From Nitrospirae bacterium MYbin3 (GTDB lineage: Bacteria; Nitrospirota; Thermodesulfovibrionia; Thermodesulfovibrionales; Dissulfurispiraceae): 54,596 bases of DNA. The position numbers were made by a program, and so were the translations under genes. Positions 29,060 through 39,711 of this stretch are shown in pieces. Under the pieces are notes generated by a model. The model searched no databases. It saw only the letters and a program-made list of their open reading frames with translations, and was not told the DNA's origin. Within the stretch, counting starts at the first letter, position 1. The number at the start of each line of letters is the position of its first letter. The DNA is taken from the NCBI GenBank assembly GCA_002753335.1, contig PEAD01000021.1:1-54596 (forward strand), written 5' to 3'.

Positions 29060-31630
29060 TTATACCTCTATTGTAAACTCGGCGCCGTTGCCGGTGTTGC
29101 GGGCATAAAGTTTGCCGCCTATGTTTCTCTCTGTTATTATCTTTGACATGTAAAGCCCGATGCCGGTGCCTTTGCCTTCAGGCTTTGTAGTGAAATACGG
29201 TTCGAATATCCGGTTTATTATTTTATCCGGAATGCCACCGCCGTTATCCGCAATCTGGATGATCGTCTTTTCATGATCTCTTGAGAGAGCAACCTCGATA
29301 ACTCCATTGAAGGACGGATCGTCAGCCATCTTAGTTGTTCTATCGAGGATGGCATCTTTGGCGTTGTTTATTATGTTTAGAAGCACCTGCTCAAACTCGT
29401 TCTTGTAGGTTGTGACCATTAATTCTCCGCATGCCGACGAATCCCTCATATTCATAAAGGTTTTGCCGTTAAGCTTAACTTCTATATTGTGCTCTTTTAG
29501 CTGCGCCGAAACCAGCGTCAATACATCCGCAACAGCAAGCGAAAGCTCGAATTCGGTCTTGTCTTTTGAAGGGCTGAAGAAATTCCTGAAGTCATCAATA
29601 GTCCGTGACATGAACCTTATCTGTTGCATCGATTTGCTTACAACTTCGGTGATTTTTTTCTTGTCCAGTTCGCCATAAGCGTAAAGGTCATCTACGCTTT
29701 GCACCAGCAGGCCCAATACATTAAGCGGCTGCCTCCACTGGTGGGCTATGGCGCCTATCATCTCGCCCATTGCGGCCATTTTGGACTGCTGGATAAGGAT
29801 ATGCTCGTTCCTGCGTCTTTCCTCAACCTCTTCTTGCACTCGCCTTTCAAGGCCTTCGGCCAGATCTTCCAACTGCAATGTTCGTTTATTTAATGCATCC
29901 AGAATGGCATTTTTTTCTGTAATGTCTTCCAGCAGCCAGATTGAACCGTCAGACAGGTTGTCAGGGTTTATGGCCTGCCCCACAAGCCGGCATTCTATAA
30001 AAGAACCGTTTTTGTTTTTCATAATGCACTCTTCTTCAAATACTTTTCCGGCCGCAATTTGAGCGTACCCTTCTCTGCCTATAAATTGGTACGAATCCTC
30101 ATCAACATAAAACTCACGGGTATCTTTCCCTATAAGCTCCTCTTCTGTGTAGCCGAACATTTTTATCAGCACATTGTTGACCCAAATGATTTTTCTGTCT
30201 TTTGCAAACAGCACGCCGATGGCCAGATTGTCGAGTATGATTTTCTGCTCATGTATCAATTGGGCAAGCCTGTTTTCTGCTGTCCTGCGTTCGGTTATAT
30301 CATGGATGATTGAGTAGAGCAGGGTTTTTCCTCCTATAACTACAGGCCCGGAATAAACCTCAACATCCCTTATCGAACCGTCCGCCAGCCTGTGCTTAAA
30401 AAGAAAATAATTTCTTTTTTGAAGCTTAGCTGCTTCCATCTCTTCTTTAACTTTATCTGCAGTAAGAGTGTTTATATCCGTTATTTTCATATCTTTTAGT
30501 TCTTCCATGCTCCATCCATAGTAGCTTGAGGCCGAGACATTAGCGTCAATAATTCTGCCGTTAGATGGGTCTATAATCAAAGAAGTTGTTCCAACCCCGT
30601 TAAAGATACTGCTGTAAAAAACAGCCTTTTTGTTGCGCAGATAAAGAATTGCGGCCAGCCCCGCAGCAAGAATGGTGATTATTACGAAGACTATAATATT
30701 GCGGCTGTTTTTTGTAACAGGTTTATAGGCTTCAGAAGCATCGATTTTTGTAACAATCACCCATGGAGTTTCAGGGACCTTTTGGTTAAACGTTATAACA
30801 GGAACATTCCTGTAGTCAACGCCTTCGATGAAGCCCTCTTTGCCTTTTACTGCTTGCACCTCAGGAAGCTCATCCCTTGTCAGGGGAATGCGCAATGACA
30901 AAGCTGTATTTTCCTTGTTTCTTGGCTCATTAAGGTAGAGTATGTCTTTTCCATCCTGCCGCAACAGCAGTATTTCTGATGTTGCGCTCGGCACAGGCCA
31001 TTTTTTGAGTAATGGGTAGAGGAAATTGTGAGGATCCAATATAAGCACAATTCCACCGATTGGATTTTTGTTCTTTTCTTTTGAGATAAACATAGGGATG
31101 AATATTTCTATACGCAGCTCTGTTTTTTTCATGTTCCAGCGAATATCTGTAAAGATGATCTCTTTCCTTTCTATAGCATTGTTCGCAAGACGGATATAAG
31201 ATTCATCATGATCAACAGTTTTTTTTGTGGACAATACAATGTTGCCTTGTAGATCAAAAATAGCAACCTCTTGATGCTCGTATGCTTCTTTGTGCATCAG
31301 AAGATAGCTCAGCAGATCTTTTTTAATGTCTAAATCTGCTCGGTTATTAAGGAATGTATTGATTCGGGATGCCCTAAAAGAGTTGTTGGCTATGTAATTA
31401 GCTTCCCTGAGCATCTCTTTTCTCCACTGCACAATTTCGTTTGCCTTTAGTGTACAGACGGATGCAAGCTCATTCTGCACCTGATCCAATACAGTTTTTT
31501 TGTAGCTGCTATGGTATGCATATCCGGCAATAACCACAATAAAAGACAGGAGCAGAAAAGCAAATACAAGCAGAAAAGGAACTTCTCTTTTTTTTGTCAT
31601 CAGATTTTTTGTTTCTTCTCTGCTAGCCAT
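29060..31630 (-). CDS. Cache/PAS-PAS membrane sensor histidine kinase
   Basis: Two TM segments, extracytoplasmic domain ending DYR.VPV...PW, two PAS domains, H-box [30 protein letters not shown]. Confidence 0.93.
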   Translation of the reverse strand: MASREETKNLMTKKREVPFLLVFAFLLLSFIVVIAGYAYHSSYKKTVLDQVQNELASVCTLKANEIVQWRKEMLREANYIANNSFRASRINTFLNNRADLDIKKDLLSYLLMHKEAYEHQEVAIFDLQGNIVLSTKKTVDHDESYIRLANNAIERKEIIFTDIRWNMKKTELRIEIFIPMFISKEKNKNPIGGIVLILDPHNFLYPLLKKWPVPSATSEILLLRQDGKDILYLNEPRNKENTALSLRIPLTRDELPEVQAVKGKEGFIEGVDYRNVPVITFNQKVPETPWVIVTKIDASEAYKPVTKNSRNIIVFVIITILAAGLAAILYLRNKKAVFYSSIFNGVGTTSLIIDPSNGRIIDANVSASSYYGWSMEELKDMKITDINTLTADKVKEEMEAAKLQKRNYFLFKHRLADGSIRDVEVYSGPVVIGGKTLLYSIIHDITERRTAENRLAQLIHEQKIILDNLAIGVLFAKDRKIIWVNNVLIKMFGYTEEELIGKDTREFYVDEDSYQFIGREGYAQIAAGKVFEEECIMKNKNGSFIECRLVGQAINPDNLSDGSIWLLEDITEKNAILDALNKRTLQLEDLAEGLERRVQEEVEERRRNEHILIQQSKMAAMGEMIGAIAHQWRQPLNVLGLLVQSVDDLYAYGELDKKKITEVVSKSMQQIRFMSRTIDDFRNFFSPSKDKTEFELSLAVADVLTLVSAQLKEHNIEVKLNGKTFMNMRDSSACGELMVTTYKNEFEQVLLNIINNAKDAILDRTTKMADDPSFNGVIEVALSRDHEKTIIQIADNGGGIPDKIINRIFEPYFTTKPEGKGTGIGLYMSKIITERNIGGKLYARNTGNGAEFTIEV

Positions 31631-31693
31631 TTATATAATCCTGAGCTTTTCTGATATAGCCTAATCGTATTTTTCTCGCCTTAGTACTTGGTT

Positions 31694-31732
31694 ATTATAG
31701 CATTGACCTTGCGGTTTCTTACTGTTTAATAT
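31694..31732. promoter_or_regulatory. Overlapping divergent promoters (kinase operon minus; tyrS plus)
   Basis: Plus: TTGACC (31703-08), 18 nt, TAATAT (31727-32), 7 nt, ATG. Minus: TGcTATAAT (31702-31694). Confidence 0.5.
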
Positions 31733-31739
31733 AACAGTC

Positions 31740-32942
31740 ATGCTTTCTCCAGAAAAACAGCTCGAGATAATCAAGCGCGGTACTATAGAAATAATAGCCG
31801 AAAAGGCGCTGCTTGCAAAGCTCGAAAAATCGGTCAAAGAGCGAAGGCCGCTCAAAATCAAGGTAGGCTTTGATCCGACGGCTCCTGATATTCACCTTGG
31901 CCACACCGTTCTGCTCGAAAAGATGAGGCAGTTTCAGGAACTCGGACATGAGGTGACCTTTCTAATCGGTGATTTTACCGGCATGATAGGCGACCCCACC
32001 GGCAAGTCAGAGACCAGAAAACCGTTGACTGTAGAAGAGATAGCAAAAAACGCAGAAACCTACAAAGAACAGGTCTTTAAGATTCTCGATCCACAAAAGA
32101 CGGTCATACGTTTTAACAGTGAATGGCTGAATAAACTGTCGCTTATGGAGGTGGTAAGACTGCAGGCAAAGCAGACGGTGGCGCGGATGCTTGAGCGTGA
32201 AGATTTCAAGCAGCGCTTTCATTCGCAAAGCCCTATAAGCCTGCATGAGTTTATGTATCCTCTGCTTCAGGGCTATGATTCTGTTGCGCTTTATTCTGAT
32301 GTTGAAATAGGCGGCACAGACCAGAGGTTTAATCTCCTGATGGGAAGGGAGATGCAGGAGGAGTATGGACAGCCTCCGCAGATGGTCGTGATGCTCCCGC
32401 TGCTCGAGGGGCTTGACGGCGTAAAGAAGATGTCCAAGAGCTTAGGGAACTATATCGGCATCTCTGAGCCTGCCAAGGAAATCTACGGAAAGCTGATGTC
32501 CATAAGCGATGATCTGATGATCAAATATTACGAACTTCTAAGCCATATAAGCATAGATGAATTTAAGGCGCTGAAAGAGGGCGTAAAGTCCGGAGAGCTG
32601 CACCCTAAAAAGGCGAAGGAAGACCTTGCATTTGAGATAACAGCGAGGTACTGGGGTGATGAAGCTGCTCTGCATGCAAGGCAGGAATTTGAGCATGTGT
32701 TCAAGTCAAAAGGGCTTCCGGATGACATGCCGGAAATAAGCATTGAGTGGGAAGGCGATATGTGGCTGCCCCAGATAATGAAGCTTGCAGGCCTTGTGCC
32801 GAGCACAGGCGAGGCTATGCGGCTTATCAAGCAGGGCGGGGTGAGCATTGACGACCAAAAGGTTGATGATCCGCAAAGAAAACTTCCTAAAGGTGTCTAT
32901 ATAATTAAGGCCGGAAAAAGAAAATTCGCTAAGGTTGTTTAG
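31740..32942 (+). CDS. tyrS: Tyrosine--tRNA ligase
   Basis: [13 protein letters not shown] (HIGH), [21 protein letters not shown]-terminal S4 domain. Confidence 0.98.
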   Translation: MLSPEKQLEIIKRGTIEIIAEKALLAKLEKSVKERRPLKIKVGFDPTAPDIHLGHTVLLEKMRQFQELGHEVTFLIGDFTGMIGDPTGKSETRKPLTVEEIAKNAETYKEQVFKILDPQKTVIRFNSEWLNKLSLMEVVRLQAKQTVARMLEREDFKQRFHSQSPISLHEFMYPLLQGYDSVALYSDVEIGGTDQRFNLLMGREMQEEYGQPPQMVVMLPLLEGLDGVKKMSKSLGNYIGISEPAKEIYGKLMSISDDLMIKYYELLSHISIDEFKALKEGVKSGELHPKKAKEDLAFEITARYWGDEAALHARQEFEHVFKSKGLPDDMPEISIEWEGDMWLPQIMKLAGLVPSTGEAMRLIKQGGVSIDDQKVDDPQRKLPKGVYIIKAGKRKFAKVV

Positions 32943-32957
32943 TCAGAAATTCGATTT

Positions 32958-34079
32958 TTACTTCGCGCTGTTGACCGCAAGTCTGCCTGTCAGTTCTTCC
33001 ATAAGATCTTTAACGCTAACGATCTTGTTGATTCTGTATGCGTTCTGTCCTACGGTGTAGAGAGGCTCTTCTTTGTCAGGATTGTATCCTGCCGAACTTA
33101 ACAGCCCGTTGCAGATGCAGAAATGGTGGGCATTGCTTTCCTTTGCATGACAGACGGTGAACTTGCCCTCTTTGTCTTTGAGCAGAACATAACCTTTATC
33201 GCACTTTGGAGGCCTTAAACGCTTTAGGGCCGAAGCATACATGGGGCAATGTTTCAGGACCCTGAAGGGAAGTCCGCATGGCGACCCCGGATCATTTGCA
33301 ACAAATATATCATCTTCTGTTGAGTCTATTACAGCTTGTTTATATTCTGCAGTGGCGCTGCTTTCGTCGGTGGCCAGAAAGCGTGTGCCCATCTGAACCC
33401 CGTCCGCTCCCATTTTTATAAAGCTTACGATGTCCTCATAACTGTATATTCCGCCCGCCACTATGACCGGAAAGTCCCCGTATTTGCGCGCCACATCTTT
33501 GACTGGAGGAAAAAGATTTTCAAGCCGGTTTTCTTCAAGATCAATCTGGTCCATTCTAAAACCGAGATGCCCTCCTGCCAACGGGCCTTCAAGCACAACC
33601 GCATCAGGCCTGTATCCAAGTTTTTCCCATTTTTTGCATATAATTTCCAAAGCCCTCACCGAAGAAACAATCGGTATGAGCGCGGTGTCTTTAGGGTTTT
33701 GTATGGAGGGAAGAGAAACCGGCAGTCCTGCTCCTGATATCACCGCATCAGCTCCGGCATCAAGGGCTCCTTTTACCGAGTCGTTGTAGTCCCTTGCGAG
33801 CGCGCCCATAACATTGATTCCGGCATAACCGCCGGATGTCTTTGAAAGCGCAACCTCTGCGTATGCCGCCTCGTAGCTGTTGTACCGCTTGCCGTCTCTT
33901 TTGGAAATTACCCTGTCAATGCATGCGCTCGACACGATGCCAAGTCCGCCTTCACGGGCTACTGCACCGGCAAGAGGGGCAAGCGAAACGCCTACTCCCA
34001 TACCGCCCTGTACTATCGGGTATGGCATGGTTTTGCCTTTTATGACAAGCTTGGGCAGGGTTTGTTTAGCTAAATCCAT
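32958..34079 (-). CDS. Nitronate monooxygenase / FabK-like flavin oxidoreductase family protein
   Basis: PIVQGGMGVGVS, SGAGLP, EGPLAGGHLG, AGGI, GVQMGTRF, Cys-rich C-terminus (FCICNGL). Confidence 0.9.
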   Translation of the reverse strand: MDLAKQTLPKLVIKGKTMPYPIVQGGMGVGVSLAPLAGAVAREGGLGIVSSACIDRVISKRDGKRYNSYEAAYAEVALSKTSGGYAGINVMGALARDYNDSVKGALDAGADAVISGAGLPVSLPSIQNPKDTALIPIVSSVRALEIICKKWEKLGYRPDAVVLEGPLAGGHLGFRMDQIDLEENRLENLFPPVKDVARKYGDFPVIVAGGIYSYEDIVSFIKMGADGVQMGTRFLATDESSATAEYKQAVIDSTEDDIFVANDPGSPCGLPFRVLKHCPMYASALKRLRPPKCDKGYVLLKDKEGKFTVCHAKESNAHHFCICNGLLSSAGYNPDKEEPLYTVGQNAYRINKIVSVKDLMEELTGRLAVNSAK

Positions 34080-34192
34080 CAGTATCCCTTAAATTTAAGC
34101 CTAATTTTTTTGTAATCTTGTATAATCGCTTATTACCCTATGTTTAATCAAGCATAACCGCATAAACAAAAGAAAAGTGCTGCAAGATATGC

Positions 34193-34528
34193 TCAGTGAT
34201 GACCGTCCTCAGAATGGCCGCCGGCAATGACATAAACCACTTCTTCGGAGCCTTTATTTTCGAGGAAACATTCATTTTCGCCGTGGTTATGAATAGCGCT
34301 GCCTTTTTTCAGAATTCCGGAGAAAAAGCCGCTTACCTCAATATCGGCAGTCACCGATAGAACCATCTCTTCATGCTCTTTTCCCGGTTTTACAAGACGG
34401 CCTTTTTGTCCCGGTTTAAGTATGCCGTAAATCATGTAGCATGCGTGGGTCCCTGATTCCTCAAAGCCTAAAATATGTTCGCCCGATTCGGCATTAGCTG
34501 CTTTTTCTTTCAGTTCGTATGTTTTCAC
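34193..34528 (-). CDS. Small hypothetical protein, cupin-like beta fold
   Basis: 111 aa, GTG start, THACY.IYG.L.P and G.EHEEM motifs. Lies directly after argJ. Confidence 0.7.
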   Translation of the reverse strand: MKTYELKEKAANAESGEHILGFEESGTHACYMIYGILKPGQKGRLVKPGKEHEEMVLSVTADIEVSGFFSGILKKGSAIHNHGENECFLENKGSEEVVYVIAGGHSEDGHH

Positions 34529-34540
34529 GGTATTTGTCTC

Positions 34541-35719
34541 CTAAGTCCTGTATTCGGCGTTTATCTTTACGTAGTCCTCAGAAAAATCGCATGTAAGCAC
34601 CTTAACCGAATTTTTGCCTAGTTTTAGATCCACAACTAGTTTGACCTCATCGGTTCTGAGCTTTTTGTTTGCCTCTCCGTCTTTTCCGTTAGTCAATCCT
34701 TTTGAAACAACCTTCACCCCATTGATGAATATATCAACTGCGTCTTCTTTCAGGGCTATTCCCGATCTTCCGAGCGCCGCCATAATCCGTCCCCAGTTTG
34801 CGTCATTGCCGTAAAATGCGGTCTTGACCAGCATAGAATTGGCGATAACAAATGCGGCCTTCTCCGCCTCTTTTTCGTTCTTTGCATTTTTAAGATGTAT
34901 CTCGATAAGCTTTGTAGCGCCTTCTCCGTCTTTTGCGATCATTCTCGAAAGCTCATAGGCCACATTGGATAGGGCCGCCTCAAACTTGGGATAATCGGGT
35001 GATTTAAGTGCTATCGGATCATTCCCGGCCTCACCGTTTGCCATGACAAGCGCGGTATCGTTTGTTGACATATCACCGTCTATCGTGATGCGGTTGAAAG
35101 AGCGGCGGATAGCATTTTTAAAGGCTGCTGTAAGCGCGTTTTTTTGAATTGCGGCATCGGTTATTATGAAGCATAGCATCGTAGCCATGTTCGGGCTTAT
35201 CATGCCCGCGCCTTTGCACATGCCGGAGATCGTTATTTTTTTGCCGTCAACGGTTATCTGTCTGTGCGAAGTTTTAGTAAAAGTATCGGTGGTCATGATG
35301 GCTGTTGCCACATCCATAAACGAATGCCTGTTTGCTGCAGATGCGAGCTCCGGAATCTTTGCTTTTATTTTTTCTATTGGCATAGGCGTGCCTATTACTC
35401 CGGTAGAGCAGACATACACCATAGAATCTTTGAGTCCCAGAGCCGATGCCACAGCTTTGGACATGGCCGCAGCATCGTTCATGCCCCGTGCGCCGGTGCA
35501 GGCGTTGGCGTTTCCGCTGTTCACAATGACAGCATTGCCTTTGCCGGATTTTATTTTCTGCATATCAAGCAGCACAGGGGCTGCCTTGACCTTGTTCAGG
35601 GTGAACATCCCTGCCATAGTGCATTCAGTTTTAGAGCAGATAAGCGCAAGGTCTTTTCTGCCCGGCTTTTTAATAGCCACCTCTACCGCCGAATAAATAA
35701 ATCCCTGCGGTGTTTTCAT
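34541..35719 (-). CDS. argJ: Bifunctional ornithine acetyltransferase/N-acetylglutamate synthase
   Basis: NSGNANACTG, STGVIG, IMTTDT, KGAGMI.PNMATML, DGDMSTND, DGEGATK, DANWGR, INAEY. Confidence 0.98.
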   Translation of the reverse strand: MKTPQGFIYSAVEVAIKKPGRKDLALICSKTECTMAGMFTLNKVKAAPVLLDMQKIKSGKGNAVIVNSGNANACTGARGMNDAAAMSKAVASALGLKDSMVYVCSTGVIGTPMPIEKIKAKIPELASAANRHSFMDVATAIMTTDTFTKTSHRQITVDGKKITISGMCKGAGMISPNMATMLCFIITDAAIQKNALTAAFKNAIRRSFNRITIDGDMSTNDTALVMANGEAGNDPIALKSPDYPKFEAALSNVAYELSRMIAKDGEGATKLIEIHLKNAKNEKEAEKAAFVIANSMLVKTAFYGNDANWGRIMAALGRSGIALKEDAVDIFINGVKVVSKGLTNGKDGEANKKLRTDEVKLVVDLKLGKNSVKVLTCDFSEDYVKINAEYRT

Positions 35720-36756
35720 GGATAAAGCGCCAAGCCCTTAAGGGCCGTAGTTTCTTCAAAACCCATCATAAGGTTCATGTTATGCACCGCCTGTCCTGAC
35801 GCGCCTTTTACAAGGTTGTCTATAGTAGATACAACTATCAATGTGTTTGTCCTTTTGTTGACCTTCAGCCCTATCTCGCAGTAATTGCTTCCGCGTACAT
35901 CTTTTGCGTTTGGGTACCTACCCTCAGCGAGCACATTCACAAAAGGCTCATTTTCGTATGCCTTTTGGTATATGGAAAGCACTGACGCGGTATCCTCATT
36001 TTTCCTGAGTTTTGCGTACATGGTTGACACGATTCCCCTGTCCATAGGAACAAGATGCGGTGTAAAGTTTATCGTCAACTTTTTCCCTGCAACTGCGGAC
36101 AGCTCCTGCTCTATTTCGGGTGTGTGCCGGTGAACACCTATTCCGTAAGCCTTAAATCCTTCGTTCACCTCGCAGTACGAAAAACCTACATCCGCTTTCC
36201 GTCCTGCGCCGGAAGTTCCTGACTTGGAATCAATAATTATCGTGTCGGCGTCAATCAGTCCGCTTCTCAAGGCGGGTGAAAGGCCTAATAATGCGCTTGT
36301 TGGATAGCAGCCGGGGTTTGCTATCAGCGAGGCTTTCTTTATCTCTTCACGGTACAGCTCAGGCAGTCCGTAAACAGCTTTTTTCAGGGTTTCGGTAAAG
36401 TTGTGTTTTGTCTTATACCACTCCTCGTAAACAGCCGCATCCTTTAACCTGTAGTCGGCCGAAAGGTCCACAACTTTTTTTGCATTGCTGACGAAAAAGT
36501 CTACCGCCTCCTGCGATGCAGCATGGGGCAGGGCAAGGAAGAACAGATCCGCTTTTGCAAGCAGTTTCTCCCTGTCGAGCGGTTCAAAAATAAGATCGCA
36601 ATAGCTGACAAGGTGGGGGAATAAATCAGTGACACGCCTGCCCGCAGACTGCTCTGAGGTTACGGCCGCAACCTCAACAAACGGATGCCCCGCAAGTATC
36701 CTGAGCAGTTCTGCTCCGGTGTAGCCGCTTCCTCCGCAAATAGCAACTTTCAGCAT
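35716..36756 (-). CDS. argC: N-acetyl-gamma-glutamyl-phosphate reductase
   Basis: GGSGYTG.EL, DLSADYR, ANPGCYPT, SGTSGAG, HRHTPEI, DNLVKGASGQA. Start placed at ATG 36756 (MLKVAI), after a GGGGA SD and downstream of the terminator hairpin. Confidence 0.97.
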   Translation of the reverse strand: MLKVAICGGSGYTGAELLRILAGHPFVEVAAVTSEQSAGRRVTDLFPHLVSYCDLIFEPLDREKLLAKADLFFLALPHAASQEAVDFFVSNAKKVVDLSADYRLKDAAVYEEWYKTKHNFTETLKKAVYGLPELYREEIKKASLIANPGCYPTSALLGLSPALRSGLIDADTIIIDSKSGTSGAGRKADVGFSYCEVNEGFKAYGIGVHRHTPEIEQELSAVAGKKLTINFTPHLVPMDRGIVSTMYAKLRKNEDTASVLSIYQKAYENEPFVNVLAEGRYPNAKDVRGSNYCEIGLKVNKRTNTLIVVSTIDNLVKGASGQAVHNMNLMMGFEETTALKGLALYP

Positions 36757-36769
36757 AGTTTTCCCCATT

Positions 36770-36810
36770 AAAAAAGCCACAGAGAATATCCGCAAATATT
36801 CTCTGTGGCT
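36770..36810 (-). terminator. Intrinsic terminator after rplM-rpsI
   Basis: Perfect 15-bp stem agccacagagaatat/atattctctgtggct with a 6-nt loop, followed by a U-tract on the minus strand. Confidence 0.85.
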
Positions 36811-36826
36811 GAATTCTGCAGATGTT

Positions 36827-37219
36827 TTATCTCTTCGAGAACTGGAATCTACTCCTAGCGCCTTTTAGACCGTACTTCTTTCTTTCAACTTCTCTTGGAT
36901 CTCTTGTGAGCAGGCCCTCTTTTTTCAGCTTGGGCTTGTTGTCCGCATCAAGCTCTACGAGTGCGCGGGCTATGCCGTGCCTCAATGCACCAGCCTGGCC
37001 GCTTAGACCGCCGCCATTTACCAATGCAATGATGTCATATTGTGCTCCCACCCCGGTAACATTCAAGGGCTGTCTTATTATCATGCGGAGCGTTTCACGC
37101 GGGAAATAGCTGTCAACATCCTTATCGTTGACAATAATCCTGCCTTTGCCGGTGGTTATGGTAACCCTTGCCACCGCTCTTTTTCTTCTGCCTGTTGCTT
37201 TTTCCTTTATCGCAGCCAT
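36827..37219 (-). CDS. rpsI: 30S ribosomal protein S9
   Basis: [45 protein letters not shown]. Confidence 0.99.
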   Translation of the reverse strand: MAAIKEKATGRRKRAVARVTITTGKGRIIVNDKDVDSYFPRETLRMIIRQPLNVTGVGAQYDIIALVNGGGLSGQAGALRHGIARALVELDADNKPKLKKEGLLTRDPREVERKKYGLKGARSRFQFSKR

Positions 37220-37222
37220 TTC

Positions 37223-37669
37223 TTAGTTGCTCCTTGATTTTGTGATTTCTATGGTTTCTGGCTTCTGGGCTGCATGGTCATGCTTTGCGCCCCGATACAC
37301 CTTGAGTTTCTTTATCATAGCCCTGCCGAGCCTGTTTTTCGGGAGCATTCCCCATACCGCATCGGTTATCACCTTTTCGGGTTCGTCGTTCATGCGGTCT
37401 TTGAGTGTTTTTTCTTTAAGGTTTCCAATATATCCTGTGTGGTGCTGATATACTTTGTCTGTGAGCTTTTTGCCTGTGACTTTTACCTTTTCTGCGTTGA
37501 CCACAACGATAAAATCGCCAGTATCAATATTGGGAGTAAAGACAGGTTTGTGTTTGCCGCGGAGGTACGAAGCTATCTGCGAGGCCATCCTGCCGAGCAC
37601 TTCACCGTTGGCGTCAATCACATACCATTTCTGTTGAAAATCGCTCTTCTTTGCAAATACCGTTTTCAT
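37223..37669 (-). CDS. rplM: 50S ribosomal protein L13
   Basis: WYVIDA...LGR.AS..A..LRGKHKP.FTP..DTGD, GMLPKN.LGR. Confidence 0.99.
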   Translation of the reverse strand: MKTVFAKKSDFQQKWYVIDANGEVLGRMASQIASYLRGKHKPVFTPNIDTGDFIVVVNAEKVKVTGKKLTDKVYQHHTGYIGNLKEKTLKDRMNDEPEKVITDAVWGMLPKNRLGRAMIKKLKVYRGAKHDHAAQKPETIEITKSRSN

Positions 37670-37700
37670 CTGAACACCTTCCTTGATTAAATGAGCATAT

Positions 37701-37730
37701 AAAATAAAAGAAAATAACGGTTTTTGTCAA
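37701..37730 (-). promoter_or_regulatory. Sigma70-type promoter of rplM-rpsI
   Basis: Minus strand: TTGACA (37730-25), 18 nt, TATTTT (37706-01). Confidence 0.5.
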
Positions 37731-37758
37731 CAGCCGGGCAGTTTTTCCCTAAGTTTTA

Positions 37759-39711
37759 TCAGCCCAGCAGTTTATTCAGCGCATCCCTAAGATCTTCAAA
37801 CTTATATGGTTTTGATAGGCAGGCGCTAAAGCCATAATCGTGATGATCAGATACAGCAGCATTATCCGCATAACCGCTCGATACGATAGCCTTAATTTCA
37901 GGATTAACAGCAAGAAGTTGTTCTATTGTATCTATGCCGCCCATCCCGCCACGTATAGTCAGATCTAAAATCACAATATCAAAAGGACTTCCTGATTCCA
38001 TTGATTCTTTGTATTTCTTGATGGCTGCTTCTCCATGTTCAGCTGTGTCCACATCATGCCCCAGTTCTTTTAAGAGTTCTCTCCCGATATTTCGCACCAA
38101 TTCATCATCATCCATAATGAGGACCTTCCCTTTTCGTACAACTGAGGAGACGTCAGTCGGTTCAATATTCATATTTTCTTTTTCTACTGCGGGTAGATAT
38201 ACAGAGAATATGGTGCCCTTTCCGGGTTCTGACCGCACATCAATAAAGCCGCCGTGGTTTTTGATTATGGAATAGCATGTCGCCAATCCCAACCCGCTTC
38301 CCTTTTCCTTTGTTGTAAAATAGGGGTCGAAAATCTTCTGCATATAATTTTCGGGAATACCGATGCCATTATCCTGAATCGAGATTTTGATGTATTCCCC
38401 TTTTTCCATCGAATGAATATTTTTTGCGGATATAACAATTGTGCCGCCTTCGGGCATTGCCTGGTCAGCATTCAGCACGATGTTCTGAATTACCTGTCCA
38501 ACCTGTCCCTCATCAGCGTCCACATGCCGGAGGTCCTTGTCAAACGCAAGGCTGTAGTTAACTCTGGAGCCGCTCAAGGCAAATTTCACCGAGTTTTCGA
38601 TTACAGGCTGCAGAGGTATTTTTTTCTTTGCAGGCTTTCCCCCTTTTGAGAAGGTCAGAAGTTGTGTGGTCAGGTTTACTGACATATGCAAGGCTTTTTC
38701 TGCCTGTTCCAGCGCAGCAAGGCTTTTGTCTTTATTGCCTGCATTGAGCTTTGCAATGGATATATAGCCGAATATTCCCTGCAGCAAATTATTAAAATCG
38801 TGTGCGATGCCTCCAGCTAACGTCCCTATAGACTCAAGCTTTTGGGATTGCCGAATTTGTTCTTCCATTTTTTTTCGCTCGGTAATATCTATTGTAAATC
38901 CGGCCAGCAGAGTCTTGTTTGTCTGAATGATGGGAAACTTTATGGTTGTATAATTTCGGCCATTCAGGTCTTCATCAACCTTAAGCACACTTCCTGAAGA
39001 TACAACAGCCCAATCGTCCTCCGTAATCTTCGCGGCAAACTGGTCAGAGAATAAATCCTTCATTGTCTTGCCGACCATTTCGGAACCCGGAATACCTACC
39101 ATTTGTTCGAAATTCTCACTGGCGTGCATTACTCGACTCTCGATTGGCGTCACTTCTTTGATAAAAGTATAAACCGGTGAGTAGCGCATAAACAGTTCAA
39201 ACAGCTCATTGGTTTCCTGCAGTTTAGCTTCTGTTTGCTTACGCTCGGTGGTGTCCAATGCGCTGCCCAGCATCTTTAGAGGATTTCCTGCTTTGTCATA
39301 TATTCCATGGCCTATTGCCAATATCCAGTGCACGCTGCCGTCAGGCCATAATATGCGATACTCATGTTTGAACTCTTTCTGCTGCTGCAGGGCGTCTCTG
39401 AATGACTGCTCCGTAAATTCAAGGTCGTCCGGATGGATTGAGGAAATAAACTTATCAAGTGTCAGTCCTGTAATACTCGAAGGCAGTCCAAAGATTGCCT
39501 TCAGCTGCTCGTTCCACACAAGTTGGCCGGTCGGTATGTCCCACTCCCATATTCCCACCTTGCCGCTTGAAACCGCTAGGGTGAGCCGTTGTTCACTTTC
39601 TCGTAAGGATTCTGCCGCCCTTTTGCTTTCGGTTATATATTTATAAAAAAGAAAAGTTATCGCGGCCGAAAGCAGGATAAAAATTACACCCAGCGCAGTC
39701 ATATTCGACAC
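37759..39711 (-). CDS. PAS-PAS hybrid sensor histidine kinase/response regulator (possibly N-terminally truncated)
   Basis: One TM segment, PAS_3 (GIWEWD...IHPDD...PDGS.HW), PAS, AHDFNNLL, NIVLNADQAM, GSGLGL, REC (MDDD, LDLT, KP). No SD at the GTG 39711 or ATG 39702 starts. Confidence 0.88.
   Translation of the reverse strand: MSNMTALGVIFILLSAAITFLFYKYITESKRAAESLRESEQRLTLAVSSGKVGIWEWDIPTGQLVWNEQLKAIFGLPSSITGLTLDKFISSIHPDDLEFTEQSFRDALQQQKEFKHEYRILWPDGSVHWILAIGHGIYDKAGNPLKMLGSALDTTERKQTEAKLQETNELFELFMRYSPVYTFIKEVTPIESRVMHASENFEQMVGIPGSEMVGKTMKDLFSDQFAAKITEDDWAVVSSGSVLKVDEDLNGRNYTTIKFPIIQTNKTLLAGFTIDITERKKMEEQIRQSQKLESIGTLAGGIAHDFNNLLQGIFGYISIAKLNAGNKDKSLAALEQAEKALHMSVNLTTQLLTFSKGGKPAKKKIPLQPVIENSVKFALSGSRVNYSLAFDKDLRHVDADEGQVGQVIQNIVLNADQAMPEGGTIVISAKNIHSMEKGEYIKISIQDNGIGIPENYMQKIFDPYFTTKEKGSGLGLATCYSIIKNHGGFIDVRSEPGKGTIFSVYLPAVEKENMNIEPTDVSSVVRKGKVLIMDDDELVRNIGRELLKELGHDVDTAEHGEAAIKKYKESMESGSPFDIVILDLTIRGGMGGIDTIEQLLAVNPEIKAIVSSGYADNAAVSDHHDYGFSACLSKPYKFEDLRDALNKLLG

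Noticed and set aside
31631..31739. T-box riboswitch upstream of tyrS
   Set aside because: The intergenic region is only about 110 nt, has no T-box motif, and a promoter appears to abut the start codon.
36757..36795. N-terminal extension of ArgC given by the ORF track (MRIFSVAFLMGKT)
   Set aside because: It runs through the terminator hairpin. The conserved sequence and SD point to ATG 36756.
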